DNA from: Chitinophaga pinensis
Lineage (GTDB): Bacteria; Bacteroidota; Bacteroidia; NS11-12g; UBA9320
Length of the DNA stretch: 64,000 nucleotides
Direction: 5' to 3'
Assembly: GCA_945897885.1 (NCBI GenBank)
Contig: CAMDGU010000007.1
Coordinates: 6,796 to 70,795, forward strand
In this document: piece by piece, positions 9,408 to 18,600 of the stretch
Position numbering within the stretch: the stretch's first letter is position 1
How the letters are laid out: the number at the start of each line of letters is the position of its first letter
Made by a program: the position numbers and the translations under genes
The notes under the pieces: model-generated
Told to the model about the DNA's origin: nothing
What the model saw: the letters and a program-made list of their open reading frames with translations, nothing else
Database searches by the model: none

Positions 9408-11030
9408 TTATTCTAAAATTGTAAACTCTACCCTTCGGTTTTCTGCCCGTCCTTCTTCGGTTTCATTATCAGCAATGGGTTGGTCGGGGCCATAGCCCTT
9501 GCAAATAAACAGAGTTACTGGCAATCCCCTTTTTACCAAATATTTTTTTACCGCTTCCGCCCTATTTTTGGATAACAATAAATTTCGTTCACGGCTACCG
9601 GTATTGCTGGTATATCCTGATATTTCTATCCTTTTAAAATTATTATTATCTATTACTTCATACAATGAATCCAATGCATCAAACGATTCGGGCAATAAAT
9701 CCCATTTATCGTTGTCAAAAAAAACATTGCGGATTACAAAGGTTTTGGGTTCATCCTTTTCCACTTCTTCCGGAGGCTCGGGCAATTCACGCTTTTCTTT
9801 CTTTCCCATATTGCATGGGCATTCCTCTAGTTTTTCAATAGCAAAGAGTTGAATATTATCAAAGAAATAATAAGATTCCAGTTTATCACCTTTCAAATGC
9901 TTTTTTTGCATGGTATCCGAATTGGTAAAACTTCCTAGCGTTAAATATTCCTCATTTCCTTTGGCAGTAAAGGTGCAACTCAATTGCATCCATTTCGTTT
10001 TGTAGGATAAAATACTTCCTCCGTGATGTTTTATACTTGGTTTTACATCACCCTGAATTAATTGATATTGGGGAGGAATTTCATTACTCAACAATGCCCC
10101 CAAAGCATTTACGCCATAAAAACAGTCTTCCTTTAATCTTACAAATACTTTCAGGCAATAGGTTTTATTAAATTCAAGCGGCTCTTTTAATTGGGTACTT
10201 AAAAATTCGATATGTGCCCAGTTTTCGGTATAAAACCTCACTCCTACTGAGGCATCACCATCCAAGGCATTAAATTTTTTGGATTTATAATAATCAGGCG
10301 TTCCAGCTGATGCTTTCCAATTATATATATGTGTACCTATTTGAGCTCCGCTATTTTTTAATTTTCCATCCTCTTTTTCAAAACTTCCGTTTTCAACCAA
10401 ATTTAATTCTTCCTCTATAGTTTTTGATTTTGAATCGCCAAGTAACCATGTGTCTGAATTACGATTATCCATATTAATTATGGTATCATAATTTAAGTTA
10501 CTCATAGAATCGTTTGAAAAATTAATACGGTAGGTTGAAGAAATAGCTGTTGGAGGAGCCGGTGGTGTGTATTCTTTTTTTTCTAATACATCTTCGCCGT
10601 TGTAATTTATAATATCAAAACCATAATCCTTTCGTATGGCAAATGGTTTTAAAAAAACGACACTGTATTTCAAAGGCGGAAAATTTTCAGTCATTAGTAA
10701 TTCTCCTTCATCGTCATAATATTCCCAACGTCCTGATTTATTGGATTGGGTTCCCTTTACTTTATAATTCCCTTTTATTCTTAGTACTTCATTGTTATCA
10801 AAATATTGCCATTCACCGGTTGGTAAACTTATTTGATAGGTTCCTCCCGTGGATTTTGAATGTTGGCTGATAAATGTAAGTTCACCTTTGCCCTTATAAA
10901 ATTTTATATCAAAACTAAAGGTATCAATAATTACGCTATCTTTTGCAATAGCCGTAGAATCTTCTCCTGACTGAGCCTGACAAACTATGGAAACGAAAAG
11001 ACTTAGAAAAAAAAGATACCGTTTTACCAT
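9408..11030 (-). CDS. OmpA family protein
   Basis: 540 aa. Signal peptide. C-terminal OmpA domain (ISGYTSNTGSRERNLLLSKNRAEAVKKYLVKRGL...NRRVEFTILE). Confidence 0.75.
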   Translation of the reverse strand: MVKRYLFFLSLFVSIVCQAQSGEDSTAIAKDSVIIDTFSFDIKFYKGKGELTFISQHSKSTGGTYQISLPTGEWQYFDNNEVLRIKGNYKVKGTQSNKSGRWEYYDDEGELLMTENFPPLKYSVVFLKPFAIRKDYGFDIINYNGEDVLEKKEYTPPAPPTAISSTYRINFSNDSMSNLNYDTIINMDNRNSDTWLLGDSKSKTIEEELNLVENGSFEKEDGKLKNSGAQIGTHIYNWKASAGTPDYYKSKKFNALDGDASVGVRFYTENWAHIEFLSTQLKEPLEFNKTYCLKVFVRLKEDCFYGVNALGALLSNEIPPQYQLIQGDVKPSIKHHGGSILSYKTKWMQLSCTFTAKGNEEYLTLGSFTNSDTMQKKHLKGDKLESYYFFDNIQLFAIEKLEECPCNMGKKEKRELPEPPEEVEKDEPKTFVIRNVFFDNDKWDLLPESFDALDSLYEVIDNNNFKRIEISGYTSNTGSRERNLLLSKNRAEAVKKYLVKRGLPVTLFICKGYGPDQPIADNETEEGRAENRRVEFTILE

Positions 11031-11068
11031 TACACAAACAACGGGTTTTTGAAGGAAAAAGTATCTAT

Positions 11069-11296
11069 TTATAAAGTTTTTAAAAAATCATCAACCTCAA
11101 TTTTGGCTTGTTTCAATATTCCACGAATTGTGCCTTCTGCTAATTCTTTATGCATTGGAACAACCGTTCCCAATTCCCCATCTTGTGTTTTCTTTTTTAA
11201 AACGACATGACTTCCTTTTTGCCTTATAACCTCAAATCCAAAAAGAGCTAATATTTTAAGCATCTCCTTACCTGAAATCCGAGGCATTGTAGGCAT
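11069..11296 (-). CDS. hicA: HicA-family mRNA interferase toxin
   Basis: 75 aa (likely start at the third Met). GFEVIRQKGSHVVLKK...VVPMHKELAEGTIRGILKQA matches the HicA/YcfA fold signature. Confidence 0.7.
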   Translation of the reverse strand: MPTMPRISGKEMLKILALFGFEVIRQKGSHVVLKKKTQDGELGTVVPMHKELAEGTIRGILKQAKIEVDDFLKTL

Positions 11297-11504
11297 ATTC
11301 TTCGGTGGTGAAAGTAGTAATGAAAGTTGGTGAAAAATCTTTATGAGGAAATTCTTCTAAATAAAGTTCAGTAGCTTCTTTCAAATTTTGCAAGGCTTCT
11401 TCAATACTTAAACCTTGACTTACTGTACCTACTTCTACACAAGTGGCTACATATAGTTGTTCCTCTTTATGAATACTAGCTGTATATGTTTTATGTGTGC
11501 TCAT
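11268..11504 (-). CDS. hicB: HicB-family antitoxin (UPF0150)
   Basis: 78 aa. YVATCVEVGTVSQGLSIEEALQNLKEATELYLEE matches the HicB N-terminal domain. Overlaps hicA by ~20-29 nt, with the antitoxin first. Confidence 0.65.
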   Translation of the reverse strand: MSTHKTYTASIHKEEQLYVATCVEVGTVSQGLSIEEALQNLKEATELYLEEFPHKDFSPTFITTFTTEEYAYNASDFR

Positions 11505-11669
11505 GGTATTTCAAAAATACAAAATAGCTTTATAAATAAAACTCTTTGATTTTCTTGTTTTAAACCTAAACTTTTCAATACATAAAAAATAGAGTTTCTT
11601 AGGAATAGAAAAATTAAATCATGATAATATGATTCATAAATTAATAAACATTAGTTAGAAAATGAGTAA

Positions 11670-12056
11670 TTATTTTTTACCGCAATCTAAATCGACATTA
11701 ATAACTTTATCTGTTTTAATGTAACTATGATTACCCAAATCCCATATTACGCCTATTGTTCCTACTCCAAAAAGTAAAATTGAAACAATATTACCATAAT
11801 ATGCTGGTGCAATAGTTAGAGGTAATTCCATCTCTTTGGTTTGACAACCATCTTTTGAAACCCTTATTAAACCACCCATTTCAGATTTATTAATACTGAT
11901 TGGTTGATTTGTATTTCCGATTTGCGTAGTATTCAACATTACTTTTGCTCCTTCGGTATTACTTTGAAAACGAACGGTTTGTTTTTTCCCGCTAAAAACT
12001 GTTGCACAACTACTAAATAGACACAACGATGTAATAATAATTAAATTTTTTTTCAT
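11670..12056 (-). CDS. hypothetical lipoprotein
   Basis: Lipoprotein signal MKKNLIIITSLCLFSSC. The ORF track starts at 12083 on a non-ATG codon; the ATG at 12054-12056 fits better. Confidence 0.45.
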   Translation of the reverse strand: MKKNLIIITSLCLFSSCATVFSGKKQTVRFQSNTEGAKVMLNTTQIGNTNQPISINKSEMGGLIRVSKDGCQTKEMELPLTIAPAYYGNIVSILLFGVGTIGVIWDLGNHSYIKTDKVINVDLDCGKK

Positions 12057-12082
12057 AATTAAGTTTTTATAAATAAAATACA

Positions 12083-12104
12083 ATTATAGCATATATGCTA
12101 TAAT
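12083..12104. promoter_or_regulatory. 22-bp perfect palindrome, candidate operator for the XRE regulator
   Basis: attatagcatatatgctataat is its own reverse complement. It sits 35 nt upstream of the XRE start (12139), in the 82-bp gap shared with the divergent lipoprotein gene, and contains a TATAAT-like hexamer. Confidence 0.5.
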
Positions 12105-12138
12105 ATACAAAGTCTAAATTAGTATCATTTGCAACCTG

Positions 12139-12387
12139 ATGAATTTCAGGGACAAAAAGTTTTTATTAGATTTAGGTTTAAGAATTAAAGAGATTCGTAA
12201 ATCAAAAAAACTATCTCAAGAAGATTTAGCGTACGAACAAAATATAAGTCTATCTCAAATTGCAAGAATAGAGACGGGGAAGTTAAATCCTACCATTTGC
12301 ACTTTAAAAAAAATAGCTGATGGTTTATCAATTGATGTATTTGAATTACTAAAATTCGAAACTAGTCAATTTCAAAAATTAGATTAA
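12139..12387 (+). CDS. XRE-family HTH transcriptional regulator
   Basis: 82 aa. LSQEDLAYEQNISLSQIARIETGKLNPTICTLKKIADGL helix-turn-helix. Confidence 0.8.
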   Translation: MNFRDKKFLLDLGLRIKEIRKSKKLSQEDLAYEQNISLSQIARIETGKLNPTICTLKKIADGLSIDVFELLKFETSQFQKLD

Positions 12388-12408
12388 ATCTAAAATCCCA
12401 AATAATCT

Positions 12409-12416
12409 TACCTTTG
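12409..12416 (+). promoter_or_regulatory. possible Bacteroidota -7 element (TAnnTTTG) upstream of gatB
   Basis: TACCTTTG, 12 nt before the gatB ATG. No clear -33 TTG. Confidence 0.25.
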
Positions 12417-12427
12417 CACCCTCATAC

Positions 12428-13870
12428 ATGAACACCGAATACGAAGTTGTAATAGGGCTCGAAATCCATGCCCAGTTGCTTACCAAAAGCAAAGCCTTTA
12501 GTGCCGACCGTGCTGAATATGGCAATCATCCCAATACGAATATCAGCGCTATAAGTTTGGGCCATCCCGGTACTTTGCCTAAGCATAATAAGGAAGCTGT
12601 CGAAAAATCCATTCGTGTGGGTTTGGCTTTTGGCAGCCAAATAGAACGATTTAATAAATACTCCCGCAAAAATTATTTTTATGCGGATTTGCCCAAAGGA
12701 TACCAGATTACGCAATTTGATACACCTATATGTATAGGAGGGAAAGTAACCATAAAACTAAAAGACGGAAGTACCAAAGATATTAATCTTACCCGGGCTC
12801 ACATGGAGGAAGACACGGGAAAGAGTATGCACGATATGGATGTAGAAAATTCGTTGATTGACTACAACCGTGCCGGAACTCCACTGATAGAAATAGTGAC
12901 CGAACCGGATATCCGGACAGGTGAAGAAGCCTATCAATTTCTGACCGAAGTGCGAAAAGTATTGCGCTATTTGGATGTATGCGATGGCAACATGGAAGAA
13001 GGAAGTTTGCGCTGCGATTGTAATATTTCGGTTCGTCCTGTGGGAACTGAAAAATTTGGAGTGAAAGTGGAAGTAAAAAACATGAACTCCATGAGTAATG
13101 TAAAACGGGCCATTGAATATGAAACTGAACGCCAAGTAGCAGCGATAAGAAATGGTGAAACCATCGTATCTGAAACCCGAAGTTTCGATGCCTTGCGAAG
13201 TACAACGTTCAGCATGCGAAGCAAGGAAATGGTGAACGATTACCGTTATTTCCCGGAACCTGATTTACCGCCGTTGATTGTTACCGATGAAATGATTCAG
13301 CAAATAGCCAAAGGAATGCCGGCTTTGCCTGAGGAATTGTTTCAAAAATTCATTTCAGTTTATGGTTTGAATAATTATGATGCCGGGGTATTAACCGAAA
13401 GCAAAGAAATAGCCGCCTTTTTTGAAAGCGTTTGCGCTAATACAAATAACTACAAAGCCGCAGCCAATTGGACTATGGTAAATCTAAAAGGCTATTTGAA
13501 TGAAAATGCTTTAGATTTTACTGATGTTAACATTTCTCCGGTTACCATTGCCAAACTTATTCAACTGATAGATTCAGGAAAAGTGAGCCACAGTGCTGCT
13601 CAAAAAATATTCCCTGAATTACTGGCCGATATAACTGCCGAGCCATTATCCATTGCTGAAAAATTAAACCTTTTGCAATCATCCAACTCCAACGAACTGG
13701 ATGAATGGATTGAAAAAGCTTTAAATAAATATCCTGAAAAAGTAGCCGAGTACAAAGCTGGAAAAACAGGTTTGCTTGGTTTATTTATGGGTGAGGTAAT
13801 GAAACTTAGCGGCGGAAAAGCGGACCCTAAAGTAGCCTCGGAAATGGTGAGGAAGGCTTTGGAAGGATAA
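12428..13870 (+). CDS. gatB: Asp-tRNA(Asn)/Glu-tRNA(Gln) amidotransferase subunit B
   Basis: 480 aa. N-terminal YEVVIGLEIHAQL and colinear GatB motifs through the C-terminal YqeY-like tail. Confidence 0.9.
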   Translation: MNTEYEVVIGLEIHAQLLTKSKAFSADRAEYGNHPNTNISAISLGHPGTLPKHNKEAVEKSIRVGLAFGSQIERFNKYSRKNYFYADLPKGYQITQFDTPICIGGKVTIKLKDGSTKDINLTRAHMEEDTGKSMHDMDVENSLIDYNRAGTPLIEIVTEPDIRTGEEAYQFLTEVRKVLRYLDVCDGNMEEGSLRCDCNISVRPVGTEKFGVKVEVKNMNSMSNVKRAIEYETERQVAAIRNGETIVSETRSFDALRSTTFSMRSKEMVNDYRYFPEPDLPPLIVTDEMIQQIAKGMPALPEELFQKFISVYGLNNYDAGVLTESKEIAAFFESVCANTNNYKAAANWTMVNLKGYLNENALDFTDVNISPVTIAKLIQLIDSGKVSHSAAQKIFPELLADITAEPLSIAEKLNLLQSSNSNELDEWIEKALNKYPEKVAEYKAGKTGLLGLFMGEVMKLSGGKADPKVASEMVRKALEG

Positions 13871-14530
13871 TTACAACAGTACTTCATAGTTAACTGTATC
13901 GGATTTGTAAATAATAAAATTCAATTCGGTTTTTGTAAGAATTGAATCACGAAAAATATATTTTGCACCATACATACCATAAGAATCCTTTTCTTTCATA
14001 TTGATTTTAAATCTTAAGATGGTATCAATATTTTCTCTTTCAGAACCCTTCACAAAATAGTAATCTTGATCTGGTAATTCCATTTCACCAAAATAATATC
14101 CGACAATATCATTTTTGCTTAGTTTTTTCTTTGTTTTAAGAAAAATATTAATCCAGCCCGGTGGACAGCACCAATAAATATTCTTATTTACCCAATTAGC
14201 CCATAACCTCGTTTCTTTTCTTATTATTAAACCGTAAAGTGGGTGGGTAATATTAATCTGGTATTCACCTTCTGCATAAAGCCCTTTATTACTTGAAGCA
14301 TTAAAATATCCTAAACTATCCGAAAAAACTGTGAGAGGTTTAAAATCTTGACCTGTAATTAAAACCTTGCACCCATCAATGGGCTTTTTGGTTCCTTCCT
14401 CTATTACATAACCCTCAAAGCCATAAAGTCTATTATCCACAAATGGTTTTGAAACAGAATCTTTTCCATTATCTATTTCGCATGATTGAATTAAAAATGC
14501 TGATAGAAAAGCAAGATAAAAAATCTTCAT
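13871..14530 (-). CDS. hypothetical lipoprotein (CarboxypepD_reg-like segment)
   Basis: 219 aa. Lipoprotein signal ...LIQSC. GYVIEEGTKKPIDGCKVLITGQD resembles a carboxypeptidase regulatory-like beta-sandwich. Confidence 0.4.
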   Translation of the reverse strand: MKIFYLAFLSAFLIQSCEIDNGKDSVSKPFVDNRLYGFEGYVIEEGTKKPIDGCKVLITGQDFKPLTVFSDSLGYFNASSNKGLYAEGEYQINITHPLYGLIIRKETRLWANWVNKNIYWCCPPGWINIFLKTKKKLSKNDIVGYYFGEMELPDQDYYFVKGSERENIDTILRFKINMKEKDSYGMYGAKYIFRDSILTKTELNFIIYKSDTVNYEVLL

Positions 14531-14602
14531 GACTCAAAGATATGCTTTGTATTTGAAATTTTGGCTTATTAAATAATTACATATTTGCCATAAATAGTTG
14601 TT

Positions 14603-15595
14603 CTATTCATACTCCACCAATTCAAGATCTTCGTTATCATTATATATTAAATAGAATTTTTTGAAAGGGTAATAATTTTTCCCTTCCCGGGTTGAAACAG
14701 ATTTACCATACTCAGTTTCTATACTGGATTTCTTATCACCAAGTTTATAAATTCCCCAAACATAGCCTTGATAGGTTTTCCAGTCGTGACCGTTTTCTTT
14801 AAAATTTTCACTTACCAATTGAAGAGAAACCAGTGTATCATTTTTTAAGGAAAACCTCACTCCTACTATAGGGCAGAAATATTCATTAAAAACCACTTTT
14901 TTAAAGTTATCGGTGTATTTGAACTCTATTATTTCGCAAGTTTCCTTAATATAGGATTTGAACATATCCGATTGTTTGGAGTCGAACGGCATGCCTAATA
15001 GGTTTTGTGTAATAGGAAAAACTGGTGCTGGAATGATAGATTGCAATTGCCATGAAATATTTCCTGCTATACTTATTATCAAAGGAAAAAACTCATTATC
15101 AATTATACTAATCACCCACTTTTTATCTTTTGACGTGGCATTTAATACTTTAAATTTTAAACCAGCCTCGTTAATAGGTAAATCTGTTTCAGTATTTTTA
15201 GACTTTGTAAACTCTAACGCTTCGCCTTTAAGGTTTAAAACTATTTTTTTACCCGACTTTATTTTTTTATAAAGCGAATGGTTGAGATACAGCAAATTAC
15301 TTTTAGAAAGTTGGGCTGTATCCATCAGATTTACGCCAATTGACTTACTATTTATTTTGGGTTCCAGCCAAGTGCCCCAGCTTAAACTTTCACTTCCCCA
15401 CCGATAATAAAAAGTTGGAATCTTTTGGCTTTGGTTGTAAATAAACGTAGCAGAATATCGCTTTCCAAAAGTATGAGAAATTTTATAGGTAAACTTATCG
15501 CCATTGGCAGGTTTATAAGTACTTGCAGCAAAAATAGCTGTGCTTGAAAACAAGTACATAGCTACGATAAAATATGATTTAAGAAACTTTGCCAA
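14603..15595 (-). CDS. hypothetical secreted protein
   Basis: 330 aa. Signal peptide. No recognisable motif. Codirectional with and downstream of the S8 peptidase gene. Confidence 0.4.
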   Translation of the reverse strand: MAKFLKSYFIVAMYLFSSTAIFAASTYKPANGDKFTYKISHTFGKRYSATFIYNQSQKIPTFYYRWGSESLSWGTWLEPKINSKSIGVNLMDTAQLSKSNLLYLNHSLYKKIKSGKKIVLNLKGEALEFTKSKNTETDLPINEAGLKFKVLNATSKDKKWVISIIDNEFFPLIISIAGNISWQLQSIIPAPVFPITQNLLGMPFDSKQSDMFKSYIKETCEIIEFKYTDNFKKVVFNEYFCPIVGVRFSLKNDTLVSLQLVSENFKENGHDWKTYQGYVWGIYKLGDKKSSIETEYGKSVSTREGKNYYPFKKFYLIYNDNEDLELVEYE

Positions 15596-15658
15596 TGGAA
15601 ATACGAAATTAAAGTTTTGGAAAGGAACTTTTAAAACTTTAAGCAGATATTAATGCCT

Positions 15659-18600
15659 TTATTTCACCACTATTTTTCGAATCACAGTTTCTTCATTCAT
15701 GGTTACTTTTAGCAAATAAATTCCTGCAGCAACAGATCCAATATTGATATCAAAACTTGTACCTACATAGTTTAATGACGATTGACTAAATAGCAATTTG
15801 CCCAGTTCATCCACCACTTCAACCTTTAAATTTCCGGGTATTTTATTAAACAAAAGATTGAATTTTCCATTATTAGGATTGGGCGAAATCGTCATAATAA
15901 ACCATTCATTTTTCATCACATTTATTACATCCACATTTTTACAAATAATGCTCGTGCATCCAATCCTGTCGGTTTGTTTACGGCAAATAGTGTAGCTGTT
16001 ATAGTCTTCATAAATTTTTTCAACCAAGGTATCGTTGGTGTTTTTAGAATCGCCATCCCCAAAATCCCAATCCACGGTTTGTTGCAGAACAGTAGCTTTT
16101 AAGGTTACCGTTTTATCAATTACCGATTCTATTTTAAAATCATTTACTCCAAATTCATCCACCACCACAGGAATGGCAAACATGGCTGTGTCGCTGCATC
16201 CATCGTTTGCAATTACTGCATAGTTTTTTGAAGCTTTTTCTTTAAAGGATTTTGAAAATCCTTGAGTACCGTCTAACCAAGTCAATTGGGTAAGTGCCGG
16301 TAAACCGCCTGAAGATTTAAATAATATTACTGAATCTTGATGGCTGCATTTTTGAATGCTTTTTGGGGTAATATCCAACTTTTCCAATACATTTATAGTG
16401 GTAGTATCCTGTTGTGAAAAACCGCAACCATCCTTAATCACTGATATATAATTTAACTGCCCTTGTTGGGTTGGTTCAATAATTACTATTGGTTGATTAA
16501 TTAGTGCTTTATTTAATTCCCACCAGTAATTTACGGGAGGTTTTCCGCCATAATTTAGAAAATAAAATGTATGCTTTTGGCCAAAACACAAGGTGGTATC
16601 CTTGGCAGCTATAATTTTTGGTAATTCATAAACATCAACCCAAACGCTATCAATTTCTGGTAATGAGGTGCAATTATCAGTTAAAACCGCCTTTTCCCAA
16701 ACACCAACTTTAGTACTGTCAATTTTTAAATTTCCGGATGTTGAAAAACGGTTCCAGTTTATTTTATAATTAGGAGCATTACCGCCCGTTGCATCTGCTG
16801 AAATGATGAAAGGAAGATTAGAGCAAACCGTATCGGGTGCTGTAATTTTTAGGGACAAAGGCTCTCTTACCTTAATTTTTATAGAATCGTTCACAATCTC
16901 GTTGGAACATCCATCTTTAAAAGTAAGATAATAGGTTGTGGTAACTATGGGACTAACATTAATAACCGAATCGGTTTGATTGTTACTCCAAAAAAACACA
17001 TATCCCTTTCTTTTTCCGCCGGTGGCTGTGGCCGTTATCGTTGTATTTTGCCCTATGCACAAGGTATCTTTTGTGGCACCAAGTTGCACCTTTAATGAAG
17101 GTAAAACCTTTACCACAATACTATCCAAAGGATTTGCCGATGAGCAGCTATCACTTAGTGTTATGTAATATACCGTTGTTTTTGCAGGCCACACTTGATG
17201 TTGTTTTGATACTGGCAATCCGTTGTTCCAGGTAAATTTATATTTACCATTTCCACCCTTGGCCCAGGCACTAAGCAGTGCCGGAGTTCCTGCACAAATC
17301 GTTGTATCGCCTGATGTAAATAGTTCAAGCTTAGGTCTCACGGTTATATAAATGGAATCTTTAATACTATCAACCGAACAACCTCCGTCATTCAAAGTAT
17401 AATAGTAAAGGGTAGAGGTATCGGGTTTTACAAAAATCCATTCTTTGGTTGAACTAACTCCCGGTCCTGCCCACTTATGCTTATACCATGCTGTATTTCC
17501 TCCTGTTATTTTAGGTTTTAACGTATATTGTTTGCCAAGGCAAATGGTATCAAAATCTTTCCAGCTTATGGAAAGTTTTGGAGCTACAGTTACATCAATT
17601 ACATTATATCCCATAAAACCACAACCATTGTAGGCTCTTACGGCGGTGGATTGATTTTGGGTGGTGGTAAGCTTATCAAATTTTATAAAAGGTTCATAAC
17701 TCTGTTTGATATAAATAAACGGATCCATAATTATATTGTAATTATAAATCCAGTTAACGAAAGGTTTAGAAACCGATTTAAGATTGTGAATTTTTAAAGT
17801 AAAAGGGGCACCTATACAGCCAAGTGTATCCTTAGGTACTGTAAAATAAGGTACAGCAGTATCAATTTCCACTATGGCTTCTTTAGTATAAACCCTTCCT
17901 TCGCAGGCATTATAATGCACCCTTCTGTATTTCCAAGCGTTTTGGGCAAAAGTTGGTTTATTTAGCAAAAGTGTATCCGAAACTCTTCCTGTTAAAGTAT
18001 TCCATGTTGTCCCTTTATTGTTACTTCGTTGCCATAATGCTGTAATAGTGGCTGTTCCCGTAAAGGTTGATTTCAAAACTAAATTAGTATTTTTACATCC
18101 AGCTACATCTAATAAATCTAAAGTAATCCTCGGAGGCTTTACAGTAGAAACCGGCGTAAAACTTTTGGCCACCATTCGCTGGCTTTCGCCACCGGATTTT
18201 GAAATACTGCTTAATGAAAAGCAGTATGCAACACCATTATTTAAAGCTTTTACGGTAAAAAAAGTATCAGTTCCGGTATACACAGGTTTCATTTCACCCA
18301 CCTTTAGTTGATACAATTTGTAAGCTACAGCATCTTTTTGTTTGGGCCAGCGAAAATGAACCTGACTATCGCAAATAATTCCAACAAGTGTGCTAGGTAT
18401 TTTATAAATGGTAAACGTGGTATCGCTCATATCGGTATAGCTTCCAGCGGTAATTTTTATTAAAGCTGTATTGGTGTTAATGGTATCAGAAGCATTGCTC
18501 CATGTATAATATTTTTGGGCTACAGATACTGAACTAACCACCGTTTTCCAGGTAGTTCCTTTATCGTCGGAATATTCAATTTTTGCATTTCCTGTTAAAT

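Noticed and set aside
12758-13224. Antisense ORFs inside gatB (12758..13135, 12789..13205, 12967..13224), and similar shadow ORFs inside dapF-region, OmpA, S8 peptidase, adhesin, atpD, uvrA, dnaA, kmo and hutU
   Set aside because: They are embedded on the opposite strand of well-supported genes and have low-complexity translations with no motifs. These are typical shadow ORFs.
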